This document shows, one piece after another, positions 24,967 to 37,919 of a stretch of DNA of 64,000 bases. Source of the DNA: Marsupella aquatica (Eukaryota; Plantae; Marchantiophyta). The notes under the pieces are model-generated. The model worked only from the letters and a program-made list of their open reading frames with translations, did no database searches and was not told the DNA's origin. Made by a program: the position numbers and the translations under genes. How positions within the stretch are numbered: the stretch's first letter is position 1; each line of letters opens with the position of its first letter. The stretch lies in contig OZ316897.1 of the NCBI GenBank assembly GCA_973895155.1, positions 5,101,976 through 5,165,975 on the forward strand. The letters run 5' to 3'.

Positions 24967-25748
24967 ACGACGAGCTTCACAGCACTGACTGGGCGCAACT
25001 CTCAAATGGCAGCGATGCTGCAAATCACACTCACGTACGGTAACCTCAGGCTGCTCTGTCCGGGTCCGGTCCCTGTTTGCACTCAGAAACCCGGCAGAAA
25101 ATGGCAGTCTCAAAAATGGCTGACTGACCAGATAGGGCCGCAGACCGTCGGACTAAACCGCGGTCCGGCAAATCGGGCCAAAAAAGTCAATTTTGAGACA
25201 CCCTATTGCAGCCAAGGGGAGGTTGGCTGTGGTCAAGGGAGGGGCGAGGAGGGTCGAGGGGGCACGGTTGCAAGTTGACCGTGGTCCAGGTGTTTAGGGC
25301 GGGCGCTGGTCGTCCAAGACTGGCAGGCAGTCTCTTTTTCGGATGGGGCTGGGTCGTCGGTGACCTTGTTTGTTGCGACTTGGGCCATGGCCACGACCAC
25401 GACGGCCATATGGCGAGCACTGAGGAAGGGGCGTCGATCGGGGGTCTCTCCTGACAGGGGATGGCCGCGGCGCGGGGCAGCGGAGGGGTAGGGTAGCGCC
25501 GCGGCAAGAAGAGCATTTGGCACGGTGAGGGCAGAACATAGCAGCAAGAGTAGTGAAGGTCGGCATTTTTTCCCTTTATTGCTTTCATTTCCACCGTTTT
25601 CCCGTTTTTTCCACTCGCCAAATTCAAATGACTACCACGGCAAAACAGCATGCAGCATTGTATTATAGTCTTTGATTTCTTATTGTATGGCCTAATTTGC
25701 ACACCTACTACATCCCCTAGCAGTCTATTGTAAAATAACTCCCCTCCC

Positions 25749-25880
25749 AAGATAACAGGCCTTGCTTGGGCACTAAAATGTGTACAATCCAAAGGTGACA
25801 GAAAAAGGTCTAGAACAAGATAACAGGCCATCCTTGGGCACCACAATGCACGCCATCCAAGGTGACTAAAAAAGGTCTAG
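25749..25880 (+). repeat. Diverged ~66-bp direct tandem repeat
   Basis: Two copies of aagataacaggcc...ttgggcac...atccaa-ggtgac-aaaaaggtctag. Confidence 0.8.
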
Positions 25881-26828
25881 CATGCATTTGACTGCTGGAT
25901 TTTATCCTCTCCATTTAACTTTGTATGCACTCACCAATGTTTTGGGCGGGCTACATCTTCTAGTACTTGATTTCTTTATGCCTCAATGTTGTGTAGATTA
26001 TTTTCATTGAATGTTGCAGATTTTTATCATAGCCACTCATCTTTGCAATACTGACCGTCTGAAGCAATATGATATCTGATTGGAGACAAGTATGGAATTG
26101 TATGTTTAACTCTGATATGGATGTGATTTATTAGTCACCTGGATGAGTAACAGTAGGACCTGAGATACATCAAGGTGTGACGCATTTATGCAAATTACAT
26201 ATAAGAGTGTCTCTCTCTTGACCTACTTAGTTGAATCCATTGTTGCTAACCATTGCCTGGTTCATATCATAGCAGAATATATGGCTCCTTGAGCTAGAGC
26301 AGCTTGGATACTCGGATAAACTACCAAAATCTGCACGAGTGGGGATAGAAGCCAAGATTTCCACGATTGAAGGACACACATTCAGGCCTTTGGCAGTGAG
26401 GTATTCTATGTTGCAAGCAAACAGGAGATTTTGATAGCGAGACTATAATGGTTCCAAATTTCAGTTACTTTTTGGTGCCTTTTACATTTTTTGTGTTTTT
26501 TTAAAGGCTGCAGATGGCTAGCGAGCTCGCTAGCAAAAAGGGAGTCCCCAAAAGGGATGTTACCAACCAAGTAGTTGATAGCGAGGCAGTTGCATGTAGA
26601 AAAATAGGGGTCATGCAGGAATTTTTTTTGCTCGTGCGAGTAAAAATTTTACTGTTTGCTCGCACGTTACAATTACCCTTTGGCAGTGCCTTCATTGAGC
26701 ACCTGAAATACACAGGTTCATTCAGGCCTTTGACAGTGCCTTCATTGAGAGGGTCCACAGGGCTACTTGCTTAGCAGAATGGGGATTCAAGAGTTCTCTA
26801 CCCTCCCTGACTGTTCATAAGCTCATCA

Positions 26829-27025
26829 GCTCATAAGCTGAACGATCAGGCTACGAATAAGCTCACTACATACTCGGAGTCATTGGCGGCTGGATGCTCT
26901 AAGCTGAACGATCAGGCTACAAATAAGCTCACTTCATAGTCGGAGTCATTGGCGGCTGGATGCTCATAAGCTGAACGATCAGGCTACGAATAAGCTCACT
27001 TCATACTCGGAGTAGTTGGCGGCTG
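26829..27025 (+). repeat. Minisatellite, ~3 copies of a 66-67-bp unit
   Basis: Near-identical copies of aagctgaacgatcaggctacgaataagctcact-cata-tcggagtcattggcggctggatgctc. Confidence 0.92.
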
Positions 27026-28722
27026 TGACCGAACAAGACTACAAGGATTACTCGGTTGCTGAAACAGCCAACCAAATTGCCATTGCATACACCGCCCATA
27101 TTCGGCAACGTGTATTCCAACCACACCAATCCCAGAGATGGCATCCCAGTTCCAACAATACCCACTATTTGGTATGCACTTTTACCATACGGAAGAACAA
27201 CCTGTTGTGCAGCGACATATCTCTGCTGTGGACTCCTCATAGAGCAACTATGAAGCACTTGACAGGCGGAGATCAGGACATCATGACCTTCCCTCCACGT
27301 AACTACAAGTGAGAGCTATGGCGCGATGATGGACGTCCCTGGGAGGTGCTTAATCTGAACTCAAGATCAATTTTTGTTTGGGGTGCCACAGGAAATAGCA
27401 TAAAGAAGTGTAAAAAAAACTTGAAACTTCTTTGTGACATTAGAATGGAGAAACATATGCTCTCAAAGCATCTGAGGTTGCCCCCCACAGTTTAACTCTA
27501 CTTTTACCCTCGACCGCTGGAGTCTTCCTTCGCCTGCAGTTCATTTCCTTCAAAAGTGCTCATAGAAGATTGGAAGCGGAACACTAGTCCAACGCCTTCG
27601 ATCTAATGCCTACCGTAGTCGGTTAATTCAACGGTTGAGGATACCCTAGAGCTTCTAGACACAGACTGCCCTGGTCACTACAATTCTCCTAAACACGTGC
27701 AAACATTCAAGTAAACTCGCGCGGAGGTCTTTTGTTCCTTCACTTTTGTTGCCTGTATGCGGAAATCAGGAGTCCAATCTGAAGAGGTGGTCTCGTGTAC
27801 AGATGAACATCTATGCTTCGTCATTCTGCTTTGGCCGTCCTTGTACTTTAAATCTGGTTCTGCGAATTAAATAGACTCTTTCAACTATCTCAAGCGTCTG
27901 ATTAAGGTTGAGGGATTTTGCTGTGGACTTTGGGAAACTGTTTCTATAGGACTAACCCACTTCTCCGATCCACTTTCAAGTCCATCGGTGTACAAATCCA
28001 TATGCCATACGCCATGAAACGTTAACCCTAGAGCATCAGTCCACCAGAATTTTCTCGTGATTTTTGAGGGAAAATTTGGAGCATGCATAGACATGAATAA
28101 TCTCTTCCTACTTATTGATTCTATTTACAAAGGACTCAAACCTATCATTTATAAGATAGTGTGACGGTCTGAACCAAACTTCTATTGGACTTAAAGCTCA
28201 ATATAAACTGGTCGTTTGTCATACCAAAACTATAATTGCAAGAGCATATGAAGAGACAAGAAGCTCGAAATTGAAGTCCTCGATTCATTACCTGGAGATG
28301 TCTCCCAGTATTATCTACTTATCAGTATCGCTCCCTTTCTAGCTCGTACTCCACTCGGATATTTGCTTGTCCGCTTTGCGGCACCCCGCAGCCATTTATC
28401 TCAATTGAAAAGGAAACAGTCTTGGTTGAATCTTCATTTCTTTCGCTACCAAGTCTCCGTTGCCATCAAACCTTTACTAAATCCACCATCCTTAAGACGC
28501 AAGTGTCAGGAAATCGTAGCAGCCTAATGAGACATTGGATGGAGCTGATAATCAAGGAAAATAGTGCCTCCGTCCCAATAAAAGAGTGTCGAAACATCAA
28601 AATATGAATTCAGATTCTCCTGCGTAGGCGGGCTTTTCCCAGACTTCAATCAGAAGCTACAGCAATCAGTTGACTTGATTTTTGGCAATCAGTTGTTGAG
28701 CAATTTAGATCTTCGCTAGCAA

Positions 28723-30894
28723 TCATTTGACTCCTTCGGATCTAGAAGATATGTATGCTCTGGATTCTTCCTCGGACAAGGTCTCATGTTCGAACAAACC
28801 TTTCAAAATTACTGCGACGTACGATTCCGAAGGTGGACATATCTCATATTGACCTTTCCTGAACCTCTGCATGTTCTCAACTGAACACCTGTAGCCAATC
28901 AATGCACAAGGACACTTCAGGACAATTCTTTTTCCCTAAATTTGACGTAAAGATTTCAGGATCTCGATTTAAAGCTGCAAAAAAAAGAAGGTTCTAATAT
29001 AGGTTAGTTCTACCAACGCACGTCCAGTATCATCTACTAGCAACCCCTTTAGCCTCTGCTTGGGACCATATTTCATTTTGAACATGAATGTCAAGTACAA
29101 GGAGCACCCTGCTGTCCAAATACTTCTTCAGTTCTGAATTCAATCGAAGTGGAGGGCATGGAGTAAAGATTTATGGACGCATTCAGCAAGTCTGCTTTTC
29201 TCAATGTTCGCAGGACAACCAGATCCAAAGAGGGCCATACGTGACGGTCAATATGGGTAGTCCGTCCTCTTCACCAAGATATTTGATAGTACCGTACCAG
29301 GCTTCCTGCGACAAATGTCCCCATAGATATAAGTAGACTTCAACGCCATCAGAGACAAAATATCGCCGTCACGAAAGCAAAAATCTTTATCCAACTCAAT
29401 CACTCAAGCATGAAGAGGAGGAATCCAAGAAAAAATCAACTTCAATGTCAACGTTTTAATCCACGTGCTTTGCATCCCGATCTGATTTCCTACTTTGGAG
29501 AAAAAATCGTTTCACAGCAACAGTGATCAAGCCTCATGAACTCTTGTGATTCAAACATGACTATCTCCCAGCAGCCCATAATCTTGAATATCATGCCCAA
29601 TTAATCAGAGTTCGGACGTTCTTGAAACAGAATAGAAGTCCTGACGGTAAGCCCAAACATATAAAAACCAGGCTAGAATCACAGGCCCTACTAATCAGAA
29701 CTCAAGTGTTCGCAAAGGACAAAATGGATGACAAATTCTTGCCCACAACACCATAGACCAAAACCGAGGCCGGAAATGTGACTGAATTGGTTTGCTTAAT
29801 TTCCAACTCGGAACAGGGTAAGCGTTCATCAGAACCTTCAGAATGTCAAGCGTGGCATGCGATGAAGCAGATTGATCTTCTCGCAATTTGGTAATTTCGT
29901 CCCACTCCAGCACCAAATGTGACTTGATTGGATCTCCCTGATTTTCTTGTATGAGTAAGTCACAGAGCTGCTGTAACCTGCTCGATGACATGAATTGTCG
30001 ATGGCATGTAAGTCGGATGTAAAACATTTGTGAGAGGTATACTAAATGCAAATGAAAGAAATCGAGGAATCAACCATTGGTCGTGTGCATGTGAACCCTC
30101 CAGCTGCAATAGGAAAAGTGAGGCTGGCTGTGAATTACTCAATTAATCACCAACTATCCCCCGCGCACCCTAGACAAAATTTCTTTTGCAGCGGCTCTCG
30201 CTCCAGAAACTTTACCGATTTTTGCATCAGTACCATTGTAATGCCAGCACGCGTAGTTGGGACTCACGTAATTTTGTAGAGACGGACGTGAGTTGTTGGA
30301 GCACTGCCATGAGAAACAGGGTCCAGAAACGCAACACCTCCTGATCCCCAGGTGGTAGTCCATGTATGACCAAAAAACAGGTTGTAGGGAACCATCACCC
30401 AGCGAGAAGCCACTGGAGGTGTTTGGTTCCTTGATCCTAGACAGACCTTTCCCATCCCTTCAACCTGCCAAAAGTAGCTTTCAGATTAACCTCCAGAGTG
30501 AACGATTTAATGTTGATGAGGGTCCAATTGGGGAAGACGGAGACTGATATCCTCATCCTCATCCTCAAACTCAATGCAGTTCTGGAAAAAAAAAACAGCT
30601 CGTTGACAACACAATTCGTTTATTTGTAAATAAACGCAAATCAGTAAGGGGTTCTGGTCAAGGTCGTCAAACCTGTCCCCCTTTGATGTAGCACATAAAC
30701 CTTGCCATCAACATGTTTGATGCGTAGCAGGCATACCAAACGTGAGTCCTTTCTGCATCGAGGTGATCTGGACAGGACGGGGAGGAATAAACAAGACCAG
30801 AGCTTTCAATTTTCTCCCCACCGAGGTTGCTTTCTGTCAAACTTTGTTCATCAGCGACATCATCTTTTTCATTCGCCGCACTGTGATTCACCAT
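28723..30894 (-). CDS. Stand-alone HDA5 C-terminal (GGCT/AIG2-like fold) domain protein, 5 coding exons
   Basis: Exons 30894-30673, 30464-30268, 29977-29836, 29305-29241 and 28888-28723, with GT-AG introns, join in frame. Product: HVWYACYASNM..RFMCYIKGGQ|VEGM..C.GSRNQTPP...LFFG..W.GGVAFLDP...LYKIT|LQQLCDLLIQEN...|EAWYGTIKYLGEEDGLPILTVT|C...PPSESY..ILKGL...LSEEESRAYI. This matches the C-terminal domain of plant HDA5. Confidence 0.85.
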
Positions 30895-31089
30895 CTTTGC
30901 CGTCTGACCGGTTGTCCCACTGCCACTTGCGTGCAGATGATAGGTTCCTCAAATGAGAAGCATCAACTTCCAACGCCCCTGAGCTGCCCACCTTGCCTGC
31001 ACCGGCTGCCTGTGCACCACCTAGGCCTGGCTTTTCCTCTTCATTAACATCTCTTGTTTGTTTCGTAATACTCACTTGCCCTACCCCTA

Positions 31090-31990
31090 GGTAATGAGAG
31101 TCAATTCAATTAAAACCATAAACTTAGCAAAGAAAACCAGGAAGGGAACTTAAACCACAAGTGCACCTATAAAGAGCTATGGGTTATAGCCCCTACAAGT
31201 GCACCTATAAATAGCTATAGCTCTCATTATAAAGTGCACATGCTCATAAATTGGTTTGCGCTCCACAAAACTAAAATGGTGAGTGCTCCACCTTTTATAG
31301 TGAGACTGGGCTTGAGCTCCACAAAAGATGGTGAGTGCTCCACCTTTTATGGTGAGACATTATTCACCACAAGACATAAATGAGGAGTAGTGAGGGAGAG
31401 AATATATAGGGGTTTTATATGGGCAGGTGTGTGTTGTGAACATACACGCCGCTACACAACATACATCGCTTTGTCACACACATCTAAGCATAGTCACAAT
31501 CCAACATCACAAACAAAAAGAATTACAAGTGGAACTCCTGTTCAGACATGTCCACAATAATCTCCAAGAGCCATCAAACATTGATCAATGCCAATCAACA
31601 CACAATCCCGCCTGATGTGATCACACATTTATGTCAAGCCAAACGTACATTGCGCCTCAAGTAATCCACGTTATGTACACACAACCTACTCATCATAGCC
31701 ACTAGAGTTTTGCTTGAAAGGCTCAACATCAAAAGATGAGACCTTTGAGCCAACACAAAAGGATAACTATCCATCACAAATACACACTAGCGCTAAAACA
31801 CTTAGATAACACGGATATGAAAGCCTCAGACCTACATAATTTGATATACTATATTACCACTCATAATGGTGTGATAGTTGTTGCACATACACATCGCTTG
31901 TCACACACATATAAGCATAGTCACAATCCAACATCACAAAGATAAGAGAATGAAGTACAAGTGGAACTCATGTCTACACATGTCCAAAAC
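31090..31990. mobile_element. Degenerate LTR-retrotransposon-like remnant with internal direct repeats
   Basis: Duplicated acaagtgcacctataaa and atggtgagtgctccaccttttat blocks; a TATA-like motif on the minus strand at ~31400; ~110-bp direct repeats at ~31432-31558 and ~31877-31988. Confidence 0.4.
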
Positions 31991-32255
31991 CCACAATCAC
32001 CCTCCTAGCTGGGAGTGAGGTCCCCTAAATGTAGCTAGCCATAAGTTCTACAAGGTTGGTATATGTCATCGGGGTGTAGCATAGGGAAGCCACAAACCCA
32101 AGCCAAGATTATGTATCTGGACCGCTCTTCTCCCTTGATGAGTGTCGTGCTTGGTTTGAGTGGAGCGAACTATACTTTGGGACTAGTTAACTATCCTCTT
32201 TCGAGGGAATCCTTATATAGCCCTAGGTTACCAGGCTTTGCGCAAAGTGGACATA

Positions 32256-33207
32256 CTACCAATATATAATACTACTTACGACCCTTACATTACTACTGCA
32301 TGGAAATCCCCTGGCTTGGAGACTCAAAGGCCTTATCCACAACCGATCAAAAAGGGGTACCAAGATACGGATTAATTTGCGGAAGGCATGACTGTGCATA
32401 GTTCTTGTTATCCTAACCTTTGGTTTCATAATCCTTCTTACATGCTTCCAAACTTGACGTCCTATCATGATGGTATTCGGACCGAGAATAGGGCTTTGAG
32501 TCTGATCTAGGTTTATTCATGGACGTTTACTCAAAGCGCTATGCTTTGTCCGAACCTCCTCCAGGTACCTCCCTCCTCTAGTTTGACCGTGGTGTCACGA
32601 GGCGGTACACAATGGTGGGGGTGAGCTTTTTAGCAATGTCTGAACCTCCTGGGGATCGGAAAAAGGGGAGACTACCTCTTTTCCTCAACCACCCCCAAGA
32701 TACTTGTATCCTGCTAAGGCAACACGTAAAGGCCACAGTCCAATGCGTAATCCCATTGAGCACTGGCAGAAGGTATGACCTGGGAGTTTAATTCCCGCTA
32801 AACTTCCACGTCCACCTTGTCATTGCAGCTCTTCATCCTTACTCCTATCGTAGGCAAGACACACAACCAAGAAACAGTATAACTCGTCCGACCCTAATAT
32901 TGGTTCGGACACTTGCAATCCAAGGGGAGACAACCTCCTGTTGTCACTATTGTTAGTATCCGAATCTCACTTCCTCAACGACAATCTTTGCTAGGGATTC
33001 AATGAAGACTAACTTATGAAAGTGGGGAAAGAACAGTTGCACACCAACGCAAACTTGCTTGCAAGAATGCACGCCATGTAACTGAATAATGTTCCCCCTA
33101 ATCACTTTGGACCAGGGGCTTAAATACTTTACAAATTGTCCAAAGACTGGGGCAATAGCCGTCGTGATACGAACCATCCATCCTCTTTCTAACCTAGTCC
33201 TATTCAT
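32256..33207 (-). pseudogene. Ulp1/C48-like SUMO-protease remnant
   Basis: Ordered fragments in shifting frames: YLSPWSKVIRGNIIQLH..VQLFFPHFHKL, then LLPVLNGITHWTVAF (His motif), then LQARGFPCSSNV (Gln/Cys motif). Confidence 0.4.
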
Positions 33208-34556
33208 CTAATCCCTCCGCCTCCATGTAAAATAGACAGTAGCCCCAACTCTCTTTCGTGCATGGCCTCCCACTCGGTTGTCTTTGTGTTCCTAACTACT
33301 ACTGCTTCAATGCGACGGTGAGCCTAGCGCTGGTGACACAGCTCATTTTGTTGTCTTGAGCGTCGCTCGTCCCTGTCCCCTGATGTCTTTCCCGCTATCA
33401 CCCACCAATTGTGGTATTCCTTGTAGACATTAGGACCCCACTTGTCCTCAAGTTCAATCTCATCGCCAATGGTGTCAGGGCTGGGTTGGTACACCATGAG
33501 ATACGCTTGAGTTGGCACTGGTGGCCCTCCACATCTAATTATGGGGTCCTTCCCCTTCAAGAATTTGGCATCGATCAATAAATTATACATTTGAGCGGTT
33601 GCTGGCCCTTCCCGTCTAAATAGCTTTCACATAAGGGCAAAATCAAGCTAAAGTGGGGCTAATTTGGGCAATCTAATACCCCTTCTAATACCACCTTGGC
33701 CACTATGCTCAATACTAGTCATGCAATGATGAGAGGTGAGGGTCGTTGTGCAAGTACAATGACCTTGAAGGGAGGAAGGGCCAAAATTTAAGTTTGAAAT
33801 CATTTCAAAGTACCCTCGAATCATTTCAAACTTTGAAAGGTCAGAAAATCCTGACCGTGCCGAGGCAAATCATGATCAGCGGTGGTCTTTGAGGGATTAG
33901 CATTGTTGGATCTGGACCATAGAGAGGGTGGAAGGAACATCCAGACTATTGCATAGCGGGCAATCGGCATCCAAGTTGGGCGCCAAGTGCGCACTGCCTT
34001 TCTCTCGTGTTTTCCTTACAGTAAGTTGGAATGTTGCGTAGAACGCCTGCTGCCAATTCGCGAAGTAGAGTTTTATGATCGAGAGTGGAGATCCCACTCG
34101 AAAGCAGGCGCAGATACAACCAGAGGTCTAGGGGTTATGGTTTTTCCTTTTGTCGCATCCGATTGCTTTTGGCAGACAAGGGCCCTGTAGACGGACAACA
34201 CTTTTGTGAGGGAGAGCCCTCACATCGCTGGAGAACCATTGGTGGAGAGCTAGATTATGAAGTCTGCGCCCAATATTCCTTTGGAAAGTTTCCTGATTGT
34301 TTTTGCCTTGCCCTTGTTGAATGACTGTCTTTTGTTGCATTTTCATTCTCACCTTACGCCATATTTTGAAGGGCAAAGTAATCAAGTAAGTTGTGATCGA
34401 TGTGCATTTGGCACAAATGTTCTCAATCTGTCTGCAGGCTAGGCGCGAGGGAGTAACTTTGCAGGCGCAAGGGAGAAACCGTGGAGTAGCAACCGGGAGA
34501 TCTCAAAGTGGGAGAGATTGTCCAAGAGCGGCCAGCGACCATAGCAAAGAAGAGGT

Positions 34557-37231
34557 ATGTCTCCTGAAAGACCTTCTGGTCCTGGTACCACGCGTTCTGG
34601 GAAGTCCCCAAATCCTAAGTTACCACCCAAGTCTATCGAGCCTCGACGACAGTGGACAGTTGAGGAGTTCTTGAAGGACCATGAGTATTTCCATAATGTC
34701 ATTGGCTTGCCCAATGTGGGAAGGATTCCAAAGGAGCTTAGTAGTGATGATGTGCCGCCTGAGGTGTTAGAGGGAGTATTTTGGGGTGAAGTCGGGGAAG
34801 AACGGCTACAAGAAGGAAGGCATTAAGGGGATTCCCCCGAGGACATCCACATGCTTAGATGTGCGTTAGACGGAATGGGGAAATTCCAGCCATTCACTTT
34901 GGAGGTCGCCAGAGGTCTCTACTACAAGCGCATCTTGAAGAAACCCATGAACTGGGCAGCTTGTGGCGTGGACAAGCATAGAGGGCAGCTATGGCGAAGG
35001 ATTGTGCGGAATATTGAAGTTGACTTCAACTTGACGCCATGGAAGAGGGTTGAGACTCGATATATCCATCCTCCACATTTAATCTTCAATGGAGTCTCTG
35101 TTGCAAGTGAATCACATTGTCCGTCACCTCAATCATCTCATGCAGATGCCAAAACTAGTAAAGTGCAGAAGTCAAACAAGGGTGCAGGAGGTGATTGCAC
35201 TGAATTGGAGAAGCCGCTATTGAAGATGTCGTCCGATCATGAGGGTCCTCCCGTAGACAGTCAAAACTTGAACTTGTCATACCAAGATGCAATATCAAGC
35301 ATGGAGATTCAGTCAGTTATCTTAGCATTAGAGGCAGGAGGGGATAGTGAGCATGGTCAGGTTGAAGATCAGTCTCTTTGTCAACCAGACAAGGTACAGG
35401 TAATGTTGAGAGAAGTCAAAGATATGATAGTTTTTCCGGGAGAGACCACTGTAATCACTACTGGCACACCGATTCCAAACCAGAAGCATTTTCTTCTTGA
35501 ATCAATGTTGGAGGTAGTTCAGAGTAGTCTTCAGGAGCTTGGCCCTCAAATGGAGAAGGCTCGTCAGGATGCCAGTGAATACAAAACAAAGATGCAAAAC
35601 ATTACCTCTTAGCTCAGTTCTGTTGAAAAGGAGTTGGCCGCTTTGAAAGTTTGTAAAGTACAACATGCACAAGCCATCGACAAGTTACAAAGTAATATTC
35701 GTGCTAAGCTTGCAGAAAAAGCTCAAATTTCTGATGATTTGGCCCTGTTGGAAGAGCCCGATGAAGAGGATGCGGATGGACCTGGAGATGAGGTATAGAC
35801 TTCTCTTTCAAAGCATTAGTAATTAATCTTAGATTTTGTTGTTTGGTTTTGAACTCTGCTCAAGTAATTGTGCTGCCAGATGGATGTGCTGCCAGATGGA
35901 CTTGAAAATTAAGGGTGCATGTAATGGAGGCTCCATGATACTCTATTTTTACTAAGTCGGTTATGTTGGCCCGGAATTTTGCAGGAAATAAGCAAAAAAT
36001 TGTGAGCTCAATTTTTGGCAAGCTGCAGTGAAGCAACTCTATTGCAAGGGAGCTTGGACTGCCAGGAGCTGAGGCACTCTTCTGTACTAGCACAAGCACA
36101 AGCAAAGATGGCCGAGTTGTCTAAGTTAGACGATGAAGAGCTCTTTGGGAAGAGCAACTTGAAAAAGCTAGACGGATCAGCCAACACATTGACAGATTCC
36201 TATGATGCGCTCAGTGAGGTGTGCTCAAGACTAAAGGAGCACTTGAGTAAAGATGCAGTTTATGTATGCCCTGATAGTATCCTTTGTCCCTTACAGTCAT
36301 AGGAAAGTTATTTTCCCATTACTGAATGCCCTGTTTTCTCTCTTGGTTTCTTTTGTAACAATTGGATTCCCACACCTTGTGGGCATTGCTATCATCCAAG
36401 CTGTTTGTTCCCCTTGCTCCAAATTGGTGAGAGTAAATCGGCCCCTAAGTGTGAAGCTTGCGCTGAAGTCTTTCATCCAGCCTGGCTCCATTGTTGGGGA
36501 TCATCTCATGTGGACCATCCAGATGTAAAGCAGCTTGCAGAGGATTGGGGTTTGAAAGAACAAGCCAGCTCTTTTCGGGAGAGCATGAATGATCTGTATC
36601 GGAACAATTCCTTGAGTATGAAGGCAAGGAGGGAGAACCAAGCCATGAAGCACAAGAAAGTGACAAAGTTTTATTCACAGGTAGAACTCTGTCCAAACCT
36701 GGTCACTTTGCTGGCATATGAGTGTATAAGTGGTGTATTACAAGGCTAGTGAGGTTCTTATTTGATTTGGAATCATTTTTTGCCTTGCAGGAAAGCGTAA
36801 AGAAGTCAATTGCATATCATGAAACTGTCAGTAAAGCTGCGCATGTACAAAATGATCTCTTGAGAGTTTCCAAAGACAACCTTGACACGATTCCTACTAG
36901 AGATCAAATCCAGAATGCAGTGCAGAGATCCAAGGGTGAGGTCAATCTGTCCATTGTGAAGGTGGAGAAGGGTACCACTCCCGCTACCACTCTAGAGCCT
37001 GGTTCTGTAACTCAAGTGGAGAATGTCTCAAGTGACTCTGAGCCTGAGAATGAGACCTCTAAGGGGAGGAAGAGAAAGCGAATAGTGAAGGAGAACAGTA
37101 AAACCTCTTCTGAGGTCAAGGGGAAGTTGAGGGGCGCTGTTATCAATCTAGGATTGGATGCTGATCATGGAAAGGGTGATAAGGCTACCTTGAAGCCAGC
37201 TGAAAACCTTAAACCAGTTGTCAGGGGATGA
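34557..37231 (+). pseudogene. Multi-exon TE-associated protein with coiled-coil and RING-H2 finger, degenerate
   Basis: Co-linear ORFs broken by single stops. KKPMNWA motif. RING-H2 at 36327-36461: CPV(F)SLGFFCNNWIPTPCGHCYHPSC...KCEAC, followed by FHPAWLHCWG. Confidence 0.6.
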
Positions 37232-37532
37232 GGAAGAGGTCGCCTCGCTAGAAAATTGTGATAGGTGAGACTGTGTAGTATAAATAGTACTACTGTGTTC
37301 ACATTGCCCTTTGCCTTTGCCTTTGAGAATTTCTGAACCTTAGAGGTCAATTTAGGTACCCAATGTACATGCAACGATGGTAAATTCTCTTACTCATGTG
37401 TGCTCTGAATCCTTTGTAGCAGTGAATTGGTGTCGGGATTGGTGTGTATTAGTGCAGTATAGACTAACCCCGTCTTGATTTGGTTCACAAATTATGATTC
37501 TAAGCTAGTCGTCTTGTGCAGGGGTAGTAGTC

Positions 37533-37762
37533 TAATACCCTCTAATACCCTCAGGTATTAGTCCAATACTGTATGTTGTGCTCTAATACTTTCGGTATTA
37601 TCATAATACCGGTAGGTATTATTTCAATACCTCGGTATTCTCTCAATACCTCGGTATTATCACAAGACCTTGGGTATTAAAGTAATACTTTTGAGTTTTT
37701 CTCTAATACTTTTGGGTATTACTTGAGTACCACTGGGTATTTGGTTAGTACCTTTGGTATTA
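37533..37762. repeat. Array of short AATACC-n-GGTATT inverted repeats
   Basis: About 9 successive mini-palindromes, e.g. taataccctcaggtatta, aatacctcggtatt. Confidence 0.85.
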
Positions 37763-37919
37763 TCGGGTCCAGTTCCTTAAGTTATTGGCCCAACACCTGG
37801 AGATATTATTCTGATTTTCAACTTTTAGCGTAGTTAGTGTTACGTTGGCACTGCACTACCTAATGTTCATGTGTTTACATGCAAGATATAATTGTTTTTG
37901 AGCAATTACCTGAAATTCT

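Noticed and set aside
25006-25846. Overlapping GC-rich ORFs (e.g. 25187-25846, 219 aa) and many short antisense ORFs throughout the window
   Set aside because: No recognisable motifs; explained by GC-rich non-coding sequence or shadow frames of real coding regions.
26829-27025. CRISPR-like appearance of regular repeats (also 24746-24966)
   Set aside because: The units are whole tandem copies without unique spacers, there are no cas genes, and the context is eukaryotic.
28723-30894. Calling this gene histone deacetylase 5
   Set aside because: No HDAC catalytic domain is present; only the C-terminal domain matches.
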